Assembly (NCBI GenBank): GCA_002269645.1
Contig: NIVC01001545.1
Span: forward strand, 180,886-244,885
Origin: Macrostomum lignano
Lineage: Eukaryota
DNA: 64,000 nt
Direction: 5' to 3'
The position numbers and the translations under genes were made by a program. Shown in pieces: positions 20,946 through 34,595 of this stretch. The notes under the pieces are model-generated. The model worked only from the letters and a program-made list of their open reading frames with translations. It searched no databases and had not been told where the DNA came from. How positions within the stretch are numbered: position 1 is the first letter of the stretch; each line of letters starts with the position of its first letter.

Positions 20946-21861
20946 TAAGTAAAACTGGAGCCAGACGCCATTCAATTCATTTTTCCGTCATTACTTATCG
21001 GCAGCACTTGCGAGCGCAGACAGACGGCTCAGCTCAGCTTTACGTTTAAAACCGTCGCCACAGAAAACGATATCTATTAATTTATTTGAATTATTTCAAC
21101 CAACGCTCTTACTACAAATAATTTACGCAAAATTGTCTTAACGATGCAACAGGAGAAAAAATGAATAAATACGAAGTAACTGATATACGAGTAAAGCTTT
21201 ACTTGTACTCATAAATAATAAATAAACAACTTGTCAATGGAATTCCAACAGTTTCATCAATAATTCTCAGAATTTGCATAACTGACTACTGACAGGAATT
21301 GGCATCAGCTCAGAAAACGGGATTTCCAATCAAGTTGCAGAATTGTAGATGCGGCAAAATAATATTTATTAATTTATTAATAATCTTATCATTCAGTAAC
21401 AACAATAAATAAATATGAAACACAGGCTCACCACAAGGCAATCAGACAGCGCATCCAAGTAAGCAGTGTACTTTTACTATCTATTATTAGACTTTTAAGC
21501 AAGCGCTTGGGACTTCAGAGTAATGAAATTATCATAACTAAACGATACTCTATAACAATAATATTATTAATAATAGTAATAGTTAACACAGGAAAAACGC
21601 GAGTAAAACGCACACAATTGAGACTGGCTGTAGGGATTGAAGGGGATTGCCAAACACCATTATTATAGAAGCGGACAAAAGAAACCTTTTGTTAATTTTT
21701 TATCCAGTATCGAAAGTGACGAAGCGATTGATCTGATGCGACATGCGGGTGAGCACAGGTGATGCAGGGCTTGTCCGTGCTCAGTAGCCGTAACGATCCT
21801 GAAAGGCAGGTGCAGATTATGATGGTAGCTAAATTACTCTCAGTACTTTACTGGTTAATTG

Positions 21862-23640
21862 TCTTCACAACTTCCACGAAACTTGAACTCAAACTCAAAA
21901 CTTCACTCACAACCTCGAAACTTCATTCACAACCTCGAAACTTCATTCACAACCTCGAAACTTCACTCACAACCTCGAAACTTCATTCACAACCTCGAAA
22001 CTTCACTCACAACCTCGAAACTTCACTCACAACCTCGAAACTTCATTCACAACCTCGAAACTTCACTCACAAACTCAAAACTTCATTCACAACCTCGAAA
22101 CTTCACTCAAAAACTCAAAACTTCATTCACAACCTCGAAACTTCACTCAAAAACTCAAAACTTCATTCACAACCTCGAAACTTCACTCAAAAACTCAAAA
22201 CTTCACTCAAAAACTCAAAACTTCATTCACAACCTCGAAACTTCACTCAAAAACTCAAAACTTCATTCACAACCTCGAAACTTCACTCAAAAACTCAAAA
22301 CTTCATTCACAACCTCGAAACTTCATTCACAACCTCGAAACTTCACTCACAAACTCAAAACTTCATTCACAACCTCGAAACTTCACTCAAAAACTCAAAA
22401 CTTCACTCACAACCTCGAAACTTCATTCACAACCTCGAAACTTCACTCACAAACTCAAAACTTCATTCACAACCTCGAAACTTCACTCACAAACTCAAAA
22501 CTTCATTCACAAACTCAAAACTTCACTCTCAGACTTGAAAATTCACTCTCAGACTTGAAACTTCACTCTCAGACTTGAAACTTCACTCTCAGACTTGAAA
22601 CTTCACTCTCAGACTTGAAACTTCACTCTCAGACTTGGAACTTCACTCTCAGACTTGAAACTTCACTCTCAGACTTGAAACTTCACTCTCAGACTTGAAA
22701 CTTCACTCTCAGACTTGAAACTTCACTCTCAGACTTGAAACTTCACTCTCAGACTTGAAACTTCACTCTCAGACTTGAAACTTCACTCTCAGACTTGAAA
22801 CTTCACTCACAAACTTGAAACTTCACTCTCAGACTTGAAACTTCACTCTCAGACTTGAAACTTCACTCTCAGACTTGAAACTTCACTCTCAGACTTGAAA
22901 CTTCACTCTCAGACTTGAAACTTTACTCTCAGACTTGAAACTTCACTCTCAGACTTGAAACTTCACTCTCAGACTTGAAACTTCACTCTCAGACTTGAAA
23001 CTTCACTCTCAGACTTGAAACTTCACTCTCAGACTTGAAACTTCACTCTCAGACTTGAAACTTCACTCTCAGACTTGAAACTTCACTCTCAGACTTGAAA
23101 CTTCACTCACAAACTTGAAACTTCACTCTCAGACTTGAAACTTCACTCTCAGACTTGAAACTTCACTCTCAGACTTGAAACTTCACTCTCAGACTTGAAA
23201 CTTCACTCTCAGACTTGAAACTTCACTCTCAGACTTGAAACTTTACTCTCAGACTTGAAACTTCACTCTCAGACTTGAAACTTCACTCTCAGACTTGAAA
23301 CTTCACTCTCAGACTTGAAACTTCACTCTCAGACTTGAAACTTCACTCTCAGACTTGAAACTTAACTCTCAGACTTGAAACTTCACTCTCAGACTTGAAA
23401 CTTTACTCTCAGACTTGAAACTTCACTCTCAGACTTGAAACTTTACTCTCAGACTTGGAACTTCACTCTCAGACTTGAAACTTCACTCTCAGACTTGAAA
23501 CTTCACTCTCAGACTTGAAACTTCACTCTCAGACTTGAAACTTCACTCTCAGACTTGAAACTTCACTCTCAGACTTGAAACTTCACTCTCAGACTTGAAA
23601 CTTTACTCTCAGACTTGGAACTTCACTCTCAGACTTGAAA
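21862..23640. repeat. 20-bp satellite in two blocks
   Basis: Variable units CTTCA(C/T)TCACAACCTCGAAA to about 22520, then homogeneous CTTCACTCTCAGACTTGAAA to about 23640. Confidence 0.97.
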
Positions 23641-24172
23641 ATTTACTCACAGACTCGAATCTTCACTCAAATACTGGAAACTTCACTCACAAACTCGAAA
23701 GTAAAAAACTTGAGACTTTTACTTAAAAACTCGAATCTTCACAAACTCGAAACTTCACCTAATTTCGTGAAATTCCGAGCTTATAAAGAGCCGCCATTTA
23801 CTGTAGCTGAAATTCAAGAAAAATTCGTGTTCACAGACAAGACTACACAAGTATAACAAAAAACCAAACAGAACAGGCAGACAAACTGGTGTAATTGCCA
23901 CACGCACGCTGTTAAGGCTGATAACTTATAGTTAAAAAGAACTACACCCTCTACTAGCTAAGTAGAGATTTTAGAGAGGTTTATCATCGCTACAAGCTAA
24001 GCAAAGATAAATAGCAAAACTGATAAGGAAGCTCAGCAGCAAAGGCACGTGATAAATTCTGACCATTGAGCAAGGGACACTCACGCTATTAGTAAATTTA
24101 TTAAATTAAAATTAATTGACAACTGCAGAGATTGCCCGCCAGCTCTGGCGGCTGCTTCACGTCTCCAGTCTG

Positions 24173-26192
24173 TCACTGCTTCCGCTGAAACCGGAACAGA
24201 AAAGCAGGGGCATTGGGGCGCGGATTTGGCAAACCAATTTTGGAGGCGGTTGGTTATTATGCAATCATTAGTATTGGTAATAATTAAAATAATTAATAAT
24301 AGGCACTACAGCATGCACTACTGTGTTGTTGAACATTTTGTAATCTACTACGAGTAGTTGAATAGCGAATCTCTAGTATTTTTTACTATTTAAAAAATCA
24401 GTATAAAATGCCATCAATCGATATTAGTAGTAGCGGTAGAAGGGGAAGGTACAGAAGGGGAATGTACACTGCGGGAGATTAGGTTCAGTAGCGGAATGTA
24501 CACTACAGAAGATTAGGTACAGTAAGGGAATGTACACTACAGAAGATTAAGTACAGTAGGGGAATGTACACTGCGGGAGATTAGGTACAGTAGGGGAATG
24601 TACACTGCGGGAGATTAGGTACAGTAGCGGAATGTACACTACAGAAGATTAGGTACAGTAAGGGAATGTACACTACAGAAGATTAAGTACAGTAGGGGAA
24701 TGTACACTACAGAAGATTAGGTACAGTAGGGGAATGTACACTGCGGGAGATTAGGTACAGTAGGGGAATGTACACTGCGGGAGATTAGGTACAGGCCAGG
24801 AATATGAATATACAGATCAAGAAAGGATTTGAGCAGAGGACATTGCTCATATTGCATCATTCCGCCGCCCACCTGCATGGAGCCGTAGGCTGCGCTAGCC
24901 ATGGATGACAGCTTGCCAGCTACTTTGGTGACGCCTGAACGCATTCCGTCTTTGAGGTCCTGCAGATCGTAGTAGGGCTCGCCGGGTACGGGCCGCCCGG
25001 CGGAGCCGCTGCCAGGGCCGCTGCCAAAATAATCGGCCGACCCAATGGCCGTGGCGCCCTGGAACCGGCTCAGGTTGGCGCTGCTGTCTTCGGTCTTAAG
25101 AAGGAAATTTGGTAATTGGAGCTTTAATCACGAGTTGCTGTGCAGTTGGCGATGGGGGAGAGAAGCAGAGGGGGTGGGGAGAGAAGAGGGGGTGGGAAGA
25201 GAAGAAGAGAGGGTGGGGAGAGAAGAAGAGGGGGTGGGGAGAGAAGAAGAGGGGTGGGGAGAGAAGCAGAGGGGTGGGGAGAGAAGAAGAGGGGGTGGGG
25301 AGAGAAGAAGAGGGGTGGGGAGAGAAGAAGAGGGGTGGGGAGAGAAGAAGAGGGGGTGGGAGAGAAGCAGAGGGGTGGGGAGAGAAGAAGAGGGGGTGGG
25401 GAGAGAAGCAGAGGGGGTGGGGAGAGAAGAAGAGGGGTGGGGAGAGAAGCAGAGGCGGTGGGAGAGAAGAAGAGGGGGTGGGGAGAGAAGAAGAGGGGGT
25501 GGGGAGAGAAGCAGAGGGGGTGGGGAGAGAAGAAGAGGGGGTGGGGAGAGAAGCAGAGGCGGTGGGGAGAGAAGAAGAGGGGGTGGGGAGAGAAGCAGAG
25601 GCGGTGGGGAGAGAAGAAGAGGGGGTGGGGAGAGAAGAAGAGGGGGTGGGGAGAGAAGCAGAGGGGGTGGGGAGAAAAGCAGAGGGGTGGGGAGAGAACC
25701 AGAGGGTTGGGGAGGCTGGAGGCCAGCCGCAGGTTCAGTCGGGAGACCCACCTGCCCGCCGCTGAACATATCGGAGCTGATGGCCTTGGCGTTGCCGAAT
25801 TTGCGTTGCGCTTCGTCAGAATTGGCGACGGGTCCAGAGGCTCCCACGCCGCCACCGCCGGCGCGCCTCGCCCGGCCGAAGGTCGATTCGTCTTCGCTGG
25901 CGCGGCTGTTGCTGCCCAAGGCGGCCGACCAATCAGAGTTGGTTGGCAGGCTGCGGTCCACTCCGCCCGCTTGGCGGACTGCCAGCTTGGCGAGCGCTTC
26001 ATGCCCCAGGGGTCGGCGCTGCTGCTGCCGTAGGGGTCGTCCATGGCGACCGCGCCGCCGCCACCGAGGACGGCGGCGCTGGAGCGGCCGAAAGCGCTGG
26101 AGTCTCCGGTCTGCTCGATCGTGCGCATGTCGGTCATCACCGAGTGAGCCACCTCTCTGTGGGGCGGGGTGGGTGGCAGTTGGGGACTGGCT

Positions 26193-26228
<36 letters not shown>

Positions 26229-26231
26229 GGC

Positions 26232-26280
<49 letters not shown>

Positions 26281-26283
26281 GGC

Positions 26284-26316
<33 letters not shown>

Positions 26317-29193
26317 GGCAGACAGACAGACAGGCAGACAGACAGACTCACCGCTGTCCCAGTCCCACGCCGCCCATGCCCAGCCGCTCTGCCTGCTCGG
26401 CCTTCTTCGGATCCGAGCGCCACCGCTCGTCGTCCCGCTGGGCGCCGAGGCTGCCGCTCTCGCCCTCCTGGTAGGCCAGACGCATGCCGGCCAGCCGTTT
26501 CTCCTCGGCCGCCCGGTTGGCCGCGTCAGCCTCAGCCATGGCAATTCGGCCCTGCTCGACCTGCTTGTCCCACTGGCTGGCCTGCGACTCGATCTCTGAG
26601 AAGCTGCGGCCCTGCACCTGCAACGGATGAGATTTGAAGAGGCAGGCATCATTTTCCAGGAATTCTTGGAAAGGAATTCATATCGGACGGGAATTCCCAA
26701 TGAAAGGGAATTCTCAACGGACGGTATTTCTAACGGATGGGAGGAGAATTCCTAACGGAGGGGATTCCCAACGGATGGGAACTCCAAATGGATGGTAAAT
26801 CCCAACGGACGGGAATTCCTAACGGAGGGGGATTCCCAACGGAGGGGGATTCTCAACGGAGGGGGATTCCCAACGGAGGGGGATTCCCAACGGAGGGGGA
26901 TTCCCAACGGAGGGGGATTCCCAACGGATCGGAAATCCCACCGGAGGGGATTCCTAACGGACTAAAAATCAAAATTTTACGAATTGCTGAAATCCGAAAG
27001 GGAAATTTTGGGAGGGAAATCCAACAAAGGAATAATTAAAATACCTGCGGGAGAGACATGCTTTCACAAATTAGACAGTGGACGCACCTTAGTAGCCCCC
27101 AGGCCGCCCTTCTTAGCCGGTTTTTTCTTATTGGCGCCAAGGTGACTCGTCTTCATCGACGACACCGGAGCAGCCGCAGCCGCCCTAGTCGGCGAGGTGG
27201 ACAGCGCCGCGTCAACTTTCGGACCCTGGCCGGCGCCAACTTCGTCGGCCAAAGTGGCGGCGCCGATTCGGGTCGCAGACGACGACGTCGCGACGCCGTT
27301 GCTTCCGGCGCCGCCGCCTGAAAGCGACATCTGGCCGAGTCGCTCGGCTGGCGCGGCCGGCTCGTGCTCAGCGAAGAAGTCGTCCTCGGCGCCTCCGTGA
27401 CCGGCGGCTGAAGTGGCCGGGTCGGACGAGTGGCTGTCCAGGTGGACCCGGGTGCCGTGCTCGCGGCCGGCCTTCGTGGCCAGCGACTCGATGCGGCTCT
27501 GCAGGTGGGCGGCGAGTTTTGGGGTGGTTTGGAGGCGATTTTTGGGTAGTTTAGAGGAGATTCTTAGGGTGGTTTGGAGGCATTCTTAGAGTGGTTTAGG
27601 AGCGATTTTTAGAGTAGTTTAGGAGCGATTCTTAGAGTGGTTTAGGAGCGATTTTTAGAGTGGTTTAGGAGCGATTCTTAGAGTGGTTTAGAAGCGATTT
27701 TTAGAGTGGTTTAGGAGCGATTATTTTGGGCGGTTTAGGAGCGACTCTTAGTGGTTTAGGAGCGATTTTTAGGGTGGTTTAGAAGCGATTCTTAGAGTGG
27801 TTTAGGAGCGATTTTTAGGATGGTTTAGGAGCGATTATTCTGGGTGGTTTAGGAGCGACTCTTAGTGGTTTAGAGGCGATTCTTAAGATTGTTTAGAAGC
27901 GATTCGTAGGGTGGTTTAGGAGCGATTCTTAGAGTGGTTTAAGAGCGATTTTTAGGATGGTTTAGGAGCGATTATTTTGGGTGGTTTAGGAACGACTCTT
28001 AGAGTGGTTTAGAGGCGATTATTTGGGTAGTTTAAAATGATTTTTGGGGTGGTTTTCTCGTATTACGCTTACAAGCGCACTCAACAGTTTCTCTACCTTG
28101 TAGAGCTGAGCGGCTCTGCTGTGGTATTTCTGCTGGGCATCGCTGGTGGTGCACCCGTGCTGACGGAAAAAGTTCATCTGCAAATAATGAAGCACCTTTA
28201 TGTTATAGTATTTGCTGCCTGCGATTTCAAAACCAAGACCAGGGCAGGGTTGCTAATTGTCACCTTATTGGCAACTGTCCAAAAATTATAGTAAGTCTGT
28301 CTGAGAGTCTGACACAGCCTATCTGTGACCTAGCTATAGGATGTCTAGGAGTGTCTTGGTGTGTCTTGATATGTACTGGGATGTTTTGGGGTGTCTTAGA
28401 ACTTCTTTGGATGTCTTGGGGTGCCTTGGGTGTCTTGGCGAGTGTCTGGATGTCTTGGGGTGTCTTGGGGTCTTGGCGTGTGTTTGGATGTCTTGGGGTG
28501 TCTTGGGGTGTCTCGGGATGTGTTGGAGTGTCTAAGGGTATCTTGCGGTGTCTTATGATGCCTTGGAGTGTCTTGTTGTGTCTTCGAGTGTCCTGGGACC
28601 TGGGATGTTCTTGAAGTGTCTTGGTGTGTGTATTGGGGTGTCGTGGGATGCCTTGATTTGCCTTTGGATGCCTTAGGGTGTCTTGGAGTGTCTTGGGATG
28701 TCTTTAGGTGTCTTGGGTTTTATTGGGGTGCTTTGGGATGTCTTGACTTGCATTTTTATGTCTTAGGGTGTCTTGGGATATCTTGATGTGTTTCGGGATT
28801 TATTGGGGTGCTTTGAGCTGTCTTGGGATGTCTTGAGGTGTCTTGGGATGCCCTGGGATGTCTTGGGATGTATTGGGGTGCGTTGGGATGTATTGGGATG
28901 TATTGGGGTGCGTTGGGATGTATTGGGATGTATTGGGGTACGTTGGGATGTCTTGGGATGTATTGGGGTTCGTTGGGATGCATAAACAATTGGCATCTGA
29001 CCGCATTGGCATTGCCGCCAAGTTGCATAGCCCTGAGCTGCAGCCAGGTCCAGCTCGTGTCCAGCTGGGTGGATCGAATGAAGCTGATGTGCACGCCGAG
29101 GCCGCGGTGTACGGCGCTGCAGTCGATGCAGAGGAACACGCCGTAGGTGACGCTGGCCCACGAGGGATTGTTGGCGCCGCAGTCGAAACAGAT
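24173..29193 (-). CDS. ARFGAP2: ADP-ribosylation factor GAP 2/3; exons 29193-29002, 28177-28097, 27498-27088, 26617-26352, 26156-25752, 25094-24873, 24184-24173
   Basis: ArfGAP zinc finger [40 protein letters not shown], plus [39 protein letters not shown] and [17 protein letters not shown] sites are phase-compatible. One 1-nt deficit near 25972. The first exon was not found; ARFGAP2 versus ARFGAP3 is not resolvable. Confidence 0.9.
24460..24795. repeat. About 36-bp tandem repeat, ARFGAP intron
   Basis: GGGAATGTACACT(GCGG/ACAG)GAGATTAGGTACAGTA units. Confidence 0.9.
25155..25710. repeat. Purine-rich 22-23-bp tandem repeat, ARFGAP intron
   Basis: GGGGTGGGGAGAGAAG(A/C)AGAG units. Confidence 0.92.
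26197..26347. repeat. (CAGA)n microsatellite
   Basis: Directly visible; fills a short ARFGAP intron. Confidence 0.95.
26690..26960. repeat. About 17-18-bp repeat CCCAACGGAGGGG(G)ATT
   Basis: Directly visible in an ARFGAP intron. Confidence 0.85.
27530..28030. repeat. About 22-bp repeat TTAGAGTGGTTTAGGAGCGATT
   Basis: Directly visible in an ARFGAP intron. Confidence 0.85.
28340..28980. repeat. About 10-bp degenerate repeat TGTCTTGGG(A/G) / TGTATTGGG
   Basis: Directly visible in an ARFGAP intron. Confidence 0.85.
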
Positions 29194-31479
29194 CTGATGG
29201 AAGATTAACCAATGGTTTTTAATGAGCGATAACATTGGAGCTGACAAACAAACTATTTATTGCTAAACTGCTCAAGTTAATAAAAGTCCAGATTGCTAAA
29301 ATGGCAGTCGCATATTGAATTTACAATGAAAAATAGATTACCAATTTATTTAATGACTTTTTATTAGAATTAGAGATTGGATAGAATCAAATTTTTGCAT
29401 TGATCCTAGGAATTTAGAACTTTAGGAAGTGTTTAGGATCAAAATCCTTTTCTGATGTATAAACATACCTATGCCAAGTTGTAGCTTAAAAGATAATTGA
29501 ATAATTATTTGATAGATGTTTTTAGCATCTAGGGTAGCAAATCAAGAGAATCAATAAATTAAGAGAATCATAAATAGGCTTTCTATTCATAGAGATTTCT
29601 TATGAAATAAGATTTTTAAATAGTTATACTACTTCAAGTATAGCTCTCTTATGGAATGATCCATAAAGATAATAGCTAAATACTTTTTTATAGACTGCAA
29701 ATTTTAAATTATTGTATAGTTATTATAAAAATAGAACATTTTCTGAAACCAACAATAAGAATTTTTATTAGTGCTTTTCTTTTTGGAATTTATGTTGGCT
29801 TGGCATTGATTTAGTCATTTTAGCTAAACATTTGTAATTATATATTATACAATGACAGTTTATAGAGCAGAGACTATAAATATAACTTATATATAAAATG
29901 TATGACAAATAAGGCCAATGTACAATGGAAATTTGTCATATGCCTTTTTGGCAGATTGGATTAGTATGCAAGCAGTATGCATTGGATATAAACAAAAAAA
30001 TTTTGTTTGCATTCTGATATGCACTTATTATGATCCCATAATCATAGCATACCTTATTGGAATAAAATCTAAAAATGTGCAGATGCACATCAAGTGTCTA
30101 GCAAAAACATGCCAAGGTTAAAGAGTCACTTTCAAGGTACATAGGCCATGTCAAGGGGTTACTAAGTGTGCACTAGGGCCTAGGTGTTGTGACATCTTTT
30201 TAGCACTCTGCATTGCTTCTATAGTCCAGATTATGCTGGGTGCACACCTGAACAAAAATTGAATAATTATAAACATATGCCAAAAAAATGAGTACACGTT
30301 TACACTTTCAAATCTATGCAATTTGTGTAAAGGACCTTTTTTGACTAATAATTTGGTTTTTGCTTTTTTGCTTATACCATTTATAGCAGAAAATTGATAC
30401 ATGGAAAAATTGTTTAAATGCCTTATTACAAGCTTTAAAAGTCTAAAAAGTGTGAAATTTATGCTTAAAATGATTTTTTTCATTTTAAGGTACAAAAAGC
30501 TTATTACAAGCTTTAAAAGTCTAGAAAGCTTGAAATTTATGCTTAACAATGAATTTTTTTTCACTTTAAGATGCATGCCAAGTGTGCACATATATTATTT
30601 TCTTAAGAGTGATATATGTCTACTTTTGGCATGCAAGGCCAATGCATGCCCAAATTTTTGGGCATATATTACATGATCTAGCTAGTGTGGCATTGCTTAG
30701 CTTTGGCAATGGTGGCGTATTAACAAAACATTGCTATTCAGAGCATGCCAAATAGCTATTCCAACTTTTAACATTTAATCCATTCTATTAATGGCTTTTT
30801 GACATAGATTCTAAGCACTGTGCCAAGCAAGTGTCATACTGTAGTACATTGTGCCATATACTATAACTATAGTCTAGATCATGCTAGGTACATTTGGTAG
30901 AAAATTAAAATGCATAAACTTTTGTTTATATGCCTAATTACAAACTTAAAACTAAAAAGCTTTTTTATCCTTTATTCCACTTAACTCTTAATACTAACTA
31001 TTTTGCATGATTCTATAAAGTGTATGCCTAGTGTATATGTACCAGACTCCAAATGGTATACATTAGGGACTTCTAGAGCTAGCACCACTGGACTGGAAGC
31101 AAAAATAAAACATTCCCCCAATTTTATGCTAGTGTGGCAAGGTAGAAATTTTGTTAACAAAGCTAAAAAAGCTAGTTCTTTTAAGTTTGGGCACTGGGGA
31201 TAGGGGACTGGGGATAGGGGACTATGGGGAAGAGCAGGGAAATAGACAAACAAATAGAAATGTACAGGGCTTGGGCACCAAGCTCATGACAATGATATGT
31301 GCTCGTTGGATACATAATTTAAGAAATTAGTCACCCTTCTAACCCCCATTTTTTCTTTGCCTCTCTGCCAAGAACTGACAGAGTATATTATGCCTTGCAC
31401 TGTGCAGGTTGCCCTTAAATCACAAATCCACACTGCTATCATTTCCAAGAGCCTGTTTCAGTACCAGCTTTAAATTCTA

Positions 31480-32710
31480 CATGCATGTTCAGCCTACGGA
31501 TGCTCAACTCAAACAAACTGGAATCAGGAGTGAGCTTCCACAGCCAGTCTCTCTAAGATGCTGCTGTGCTGTTGAGAAATGGAAGCAAGCAAACTTGAGA
31601 AGACTTTGAGCAGGAGAAGTTCTCCAAGATTTGCTCTTGCGATTTTTTTTCCAATGACTTCATTGAAGCATCGGCAGATACCAACGTCATATGTAATAAG
31701 AGAAGCAAGTCACTATCAAGGAAGTGTGTGAAGCTTGGAGCGGTTCTATCCATCTTCCCAAATCGGCGGAATGCTTCCATCTACTTGCTATTGGACAAGA
31801 AGGCACCGCGAGCAACCACAGTGTCAGTGACATTGTCTAAGGGCATGGAGAGAGAGCTGGAATTGGAGTCTTTCTAGAAGTTGACTTCATTGCTGAGACA
31901 GACTTTCAGGAGATCCAGCGCAAGCTGGAGCAAGAAGCAACCAAGCCAGCTAGATTTCAGACAACTATCCAAGGCCAGCTCTGCATCTATAAGCTAGAGG
32001 GAGCCAGTGTGCCACATTTCCTGCAACATTTGTCTGGCCGAAGACCTTTTTGTCACGTATGGAGCCAATGGACTGCCACTAAAAGCAAGCATGTTCAGCG
32101 ACCTACTGACTGGAGGAAAAGCTTGACTCTCAGCCAGCTAGTGAATCTCATGTCGAGAATCAAGAATTGGACTAAAGATTCATGCAAGGCCAATTCGACC
32201 CAAGACTGGGGTCTCCAGTCTACCGGATGCAGTACAAGAGCTCTTGGAGGAAGCAGAAGGGCTGACAGACAATCGGACTGTGAGCTTTGCACTAAAGCAG
32301 CTGAAGCTTAGCAGGAAGCCATCATGCACCCAGAGGTACTCTAAGGATCTTGTGTTTTCCTGCTTGATCTACTCTACCAGTGCCTTAGCAATGGACAATA
32401 GACACCCCATCAATGGCAATGGACAATGCTTAAACAGGACGCCATCTGCCTCCCATCTATAGCACCTCAAGGTCAATAACTGCAAGAGTTGGATTTTCAA
32501 GAAGCCTTGACAGTGAAGGCTTCCTTGTGCTAAGAGCTTCAAAGCTGTCATAGATGGAGAAGGTTGTGACCCTGGTCAACAATGAGATCTACATTGCATG
32601 TAGGATTGAATTGATGCCATCATTCACGGACAAAGCAACAGGCCAGTCTGTGTTCCTGCTATTCGATCCGGTGCACAACTTGAAAAATGTCTCAAACGTT
32701 TCCTGTCAAG
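31480..32710 (+). pseudogene. Decayed THAP-domain / P-element-like transposase
   Basis: Across frames: CSAYGC (31486), SKICSC.F...DF (31623), KLGAVLSIFP, CLPSI and FDPVHNLKN (32662). Many stops and shifts; no TIRs found. Confidence 0.65.
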
Positions 32711-34595
32711 GAGTCTTCCATCTCTATCCATCTTTGGCTCTTATAATTGCAATTGTTCTTAAACAAGTTTGCTCAGAGCCTGGCTCTAAATCAATATTTT
32801 TCTCTATTATTACCATATATTCTCATTATGAAGTCTAAATAATCATGCTAGTAGCAGCAATGTTTCCAAAATATAATTGCTTTGTATGCTGTTGGTGTTA
32901 AAGACTTGTAACAGCTCTCTGAGAGATAAAATGCCCCTTTTTACTTACACAATAGCTGGAACGGGTTGTCACACTAAGGTAAATGCGTGTGGGGAGCTTC
33001 CCGTCCAGTGATGCTATTTTTAGAAGTCCCTATATTACAAGTCTGTTACAGAACTTCATATAATTACAGGTGTGCATAAAATTGCAGATTAGCAAAAAAT
33101 TGCAGAAATGCATAATATTGCTGAGTTTTAAAACTTCTCTCATTGGATAGTAAATTCAATTCTCTATAACATAGTGCTTTGCCAAAAGAATCCTATGCTT
33201 TATTCTATTTAAAATTGAAACAAAAAATAAATTACAGAACTTCATAAAATTACAGGTGGCATAAAATTACAGACCATCATTTTTACAGCTGCTCATTTAT
33301 ATATATATATAGTGTGTGAGCAGTTAGCGTACAGCTATAGCTGCATTCATTAGCAAGTTCTCTTATCATTTTTTTTCAATTACAAAGTTTGCTTTTGCTT
33401 TAACCAGAGCCAGAGAGCTTGGGCTAAGCATGTGCTTTATCACTTTAGAACATTTGCATAAGCACAACACAAGCACAATCATCAAACAATCTCAATGTGG
33501 ATTTCATATCAGTCAACATGTAGACATATTTTATGCTCTATTCATGTTCTTGCTTTAGCATTTAGGCTATATGAGATTATATAACAATACAATTTAGTTA
33601 GGCCTAACAAAATCTATAATATTTCTATAAGTATAATATCTATAATAGAGACTAGAGATAAAGATGGGCATGGTTATATATATACTGCCTTACTCTAAAT
33701 GTAGCTAGCTTATATGCCTATGTCTATGATATCTATTGACATTTGACAAACCATACTAGGCACTGACTAAGCCCTTAGGCCCAGGTCTATTATTAAGTTG
33801 AGGAGCTTTGGCTAGGTCTAGCCAAAGAAGCTTAAACTATTTCTAGGCCTGACTTTAAAATAAAGCTTGGTCAAAATTATATAATCTAGATTATAGTCTA
33901 TAGCTAATTGGTCTTAGGCCCTAGGTTTACTTTAATGCTTTTAACTATTTTGCCTATCTTGACTTCAATAAATATATATATAAAAAATTAATATTTAGAT
34001 CATAAATCTCTCTACATAGTATTTTATTTAAGATTTGGATTGATATACCTGGTATATAGGCCAAGGGCCAGGCCTAGGTAGTAGTTATATATTAAAAATA
34101 GCTAACACCATGGCTAAGCCTATATACTATCAATATCTAATTATGTCATCTATGACTATGTAAATAAAGTAATGTTTCTTAAAAATGCAAAGTTTTGTGA
34201 TTTTATTCACAAAGTATTTATGTCACAAAGTCAATGACCAAAAGTGGCTATGAAATATTATTTATTATTTATATGAATTGAAATATTTTATTAAACTTGT
34301 TAACTTATACTTGCTTTAAGACTAATATAAAATTTGCATATTATAAAGTTATATATATATAATGGTCATCAAATATTTCTAAAAAGACTATATACCTAAA
34401 ATAAAAGTTAGCACCTCTTATCTCATCTGGAGACCATTTGATTAGATTATAAAACTATTAAAAATAGATTACCAAATCATATATTCCTTTATTCCTAAAA
34501 GCATAAATAAAATGTTATTAAACTATTAAAAGCTTATTTATATCCATTTCAGCTCATCCTGCCTTTCTTGAGTCTTATAAAATAAAAGACTCAGC

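Noticed and set aside
21759-22578. Long ORFs with TSKLHSQPRNF repeats
   Set aside because: They are translations of the 20-bp satellite.
30040-30110. Candidate first ARFGAP exon ending ..SNK|gtatgc
   Set aside because: The upstream peptide (HIFRFYSNK) does not resemble the ArfGAP N-terminus and no clear start was found.
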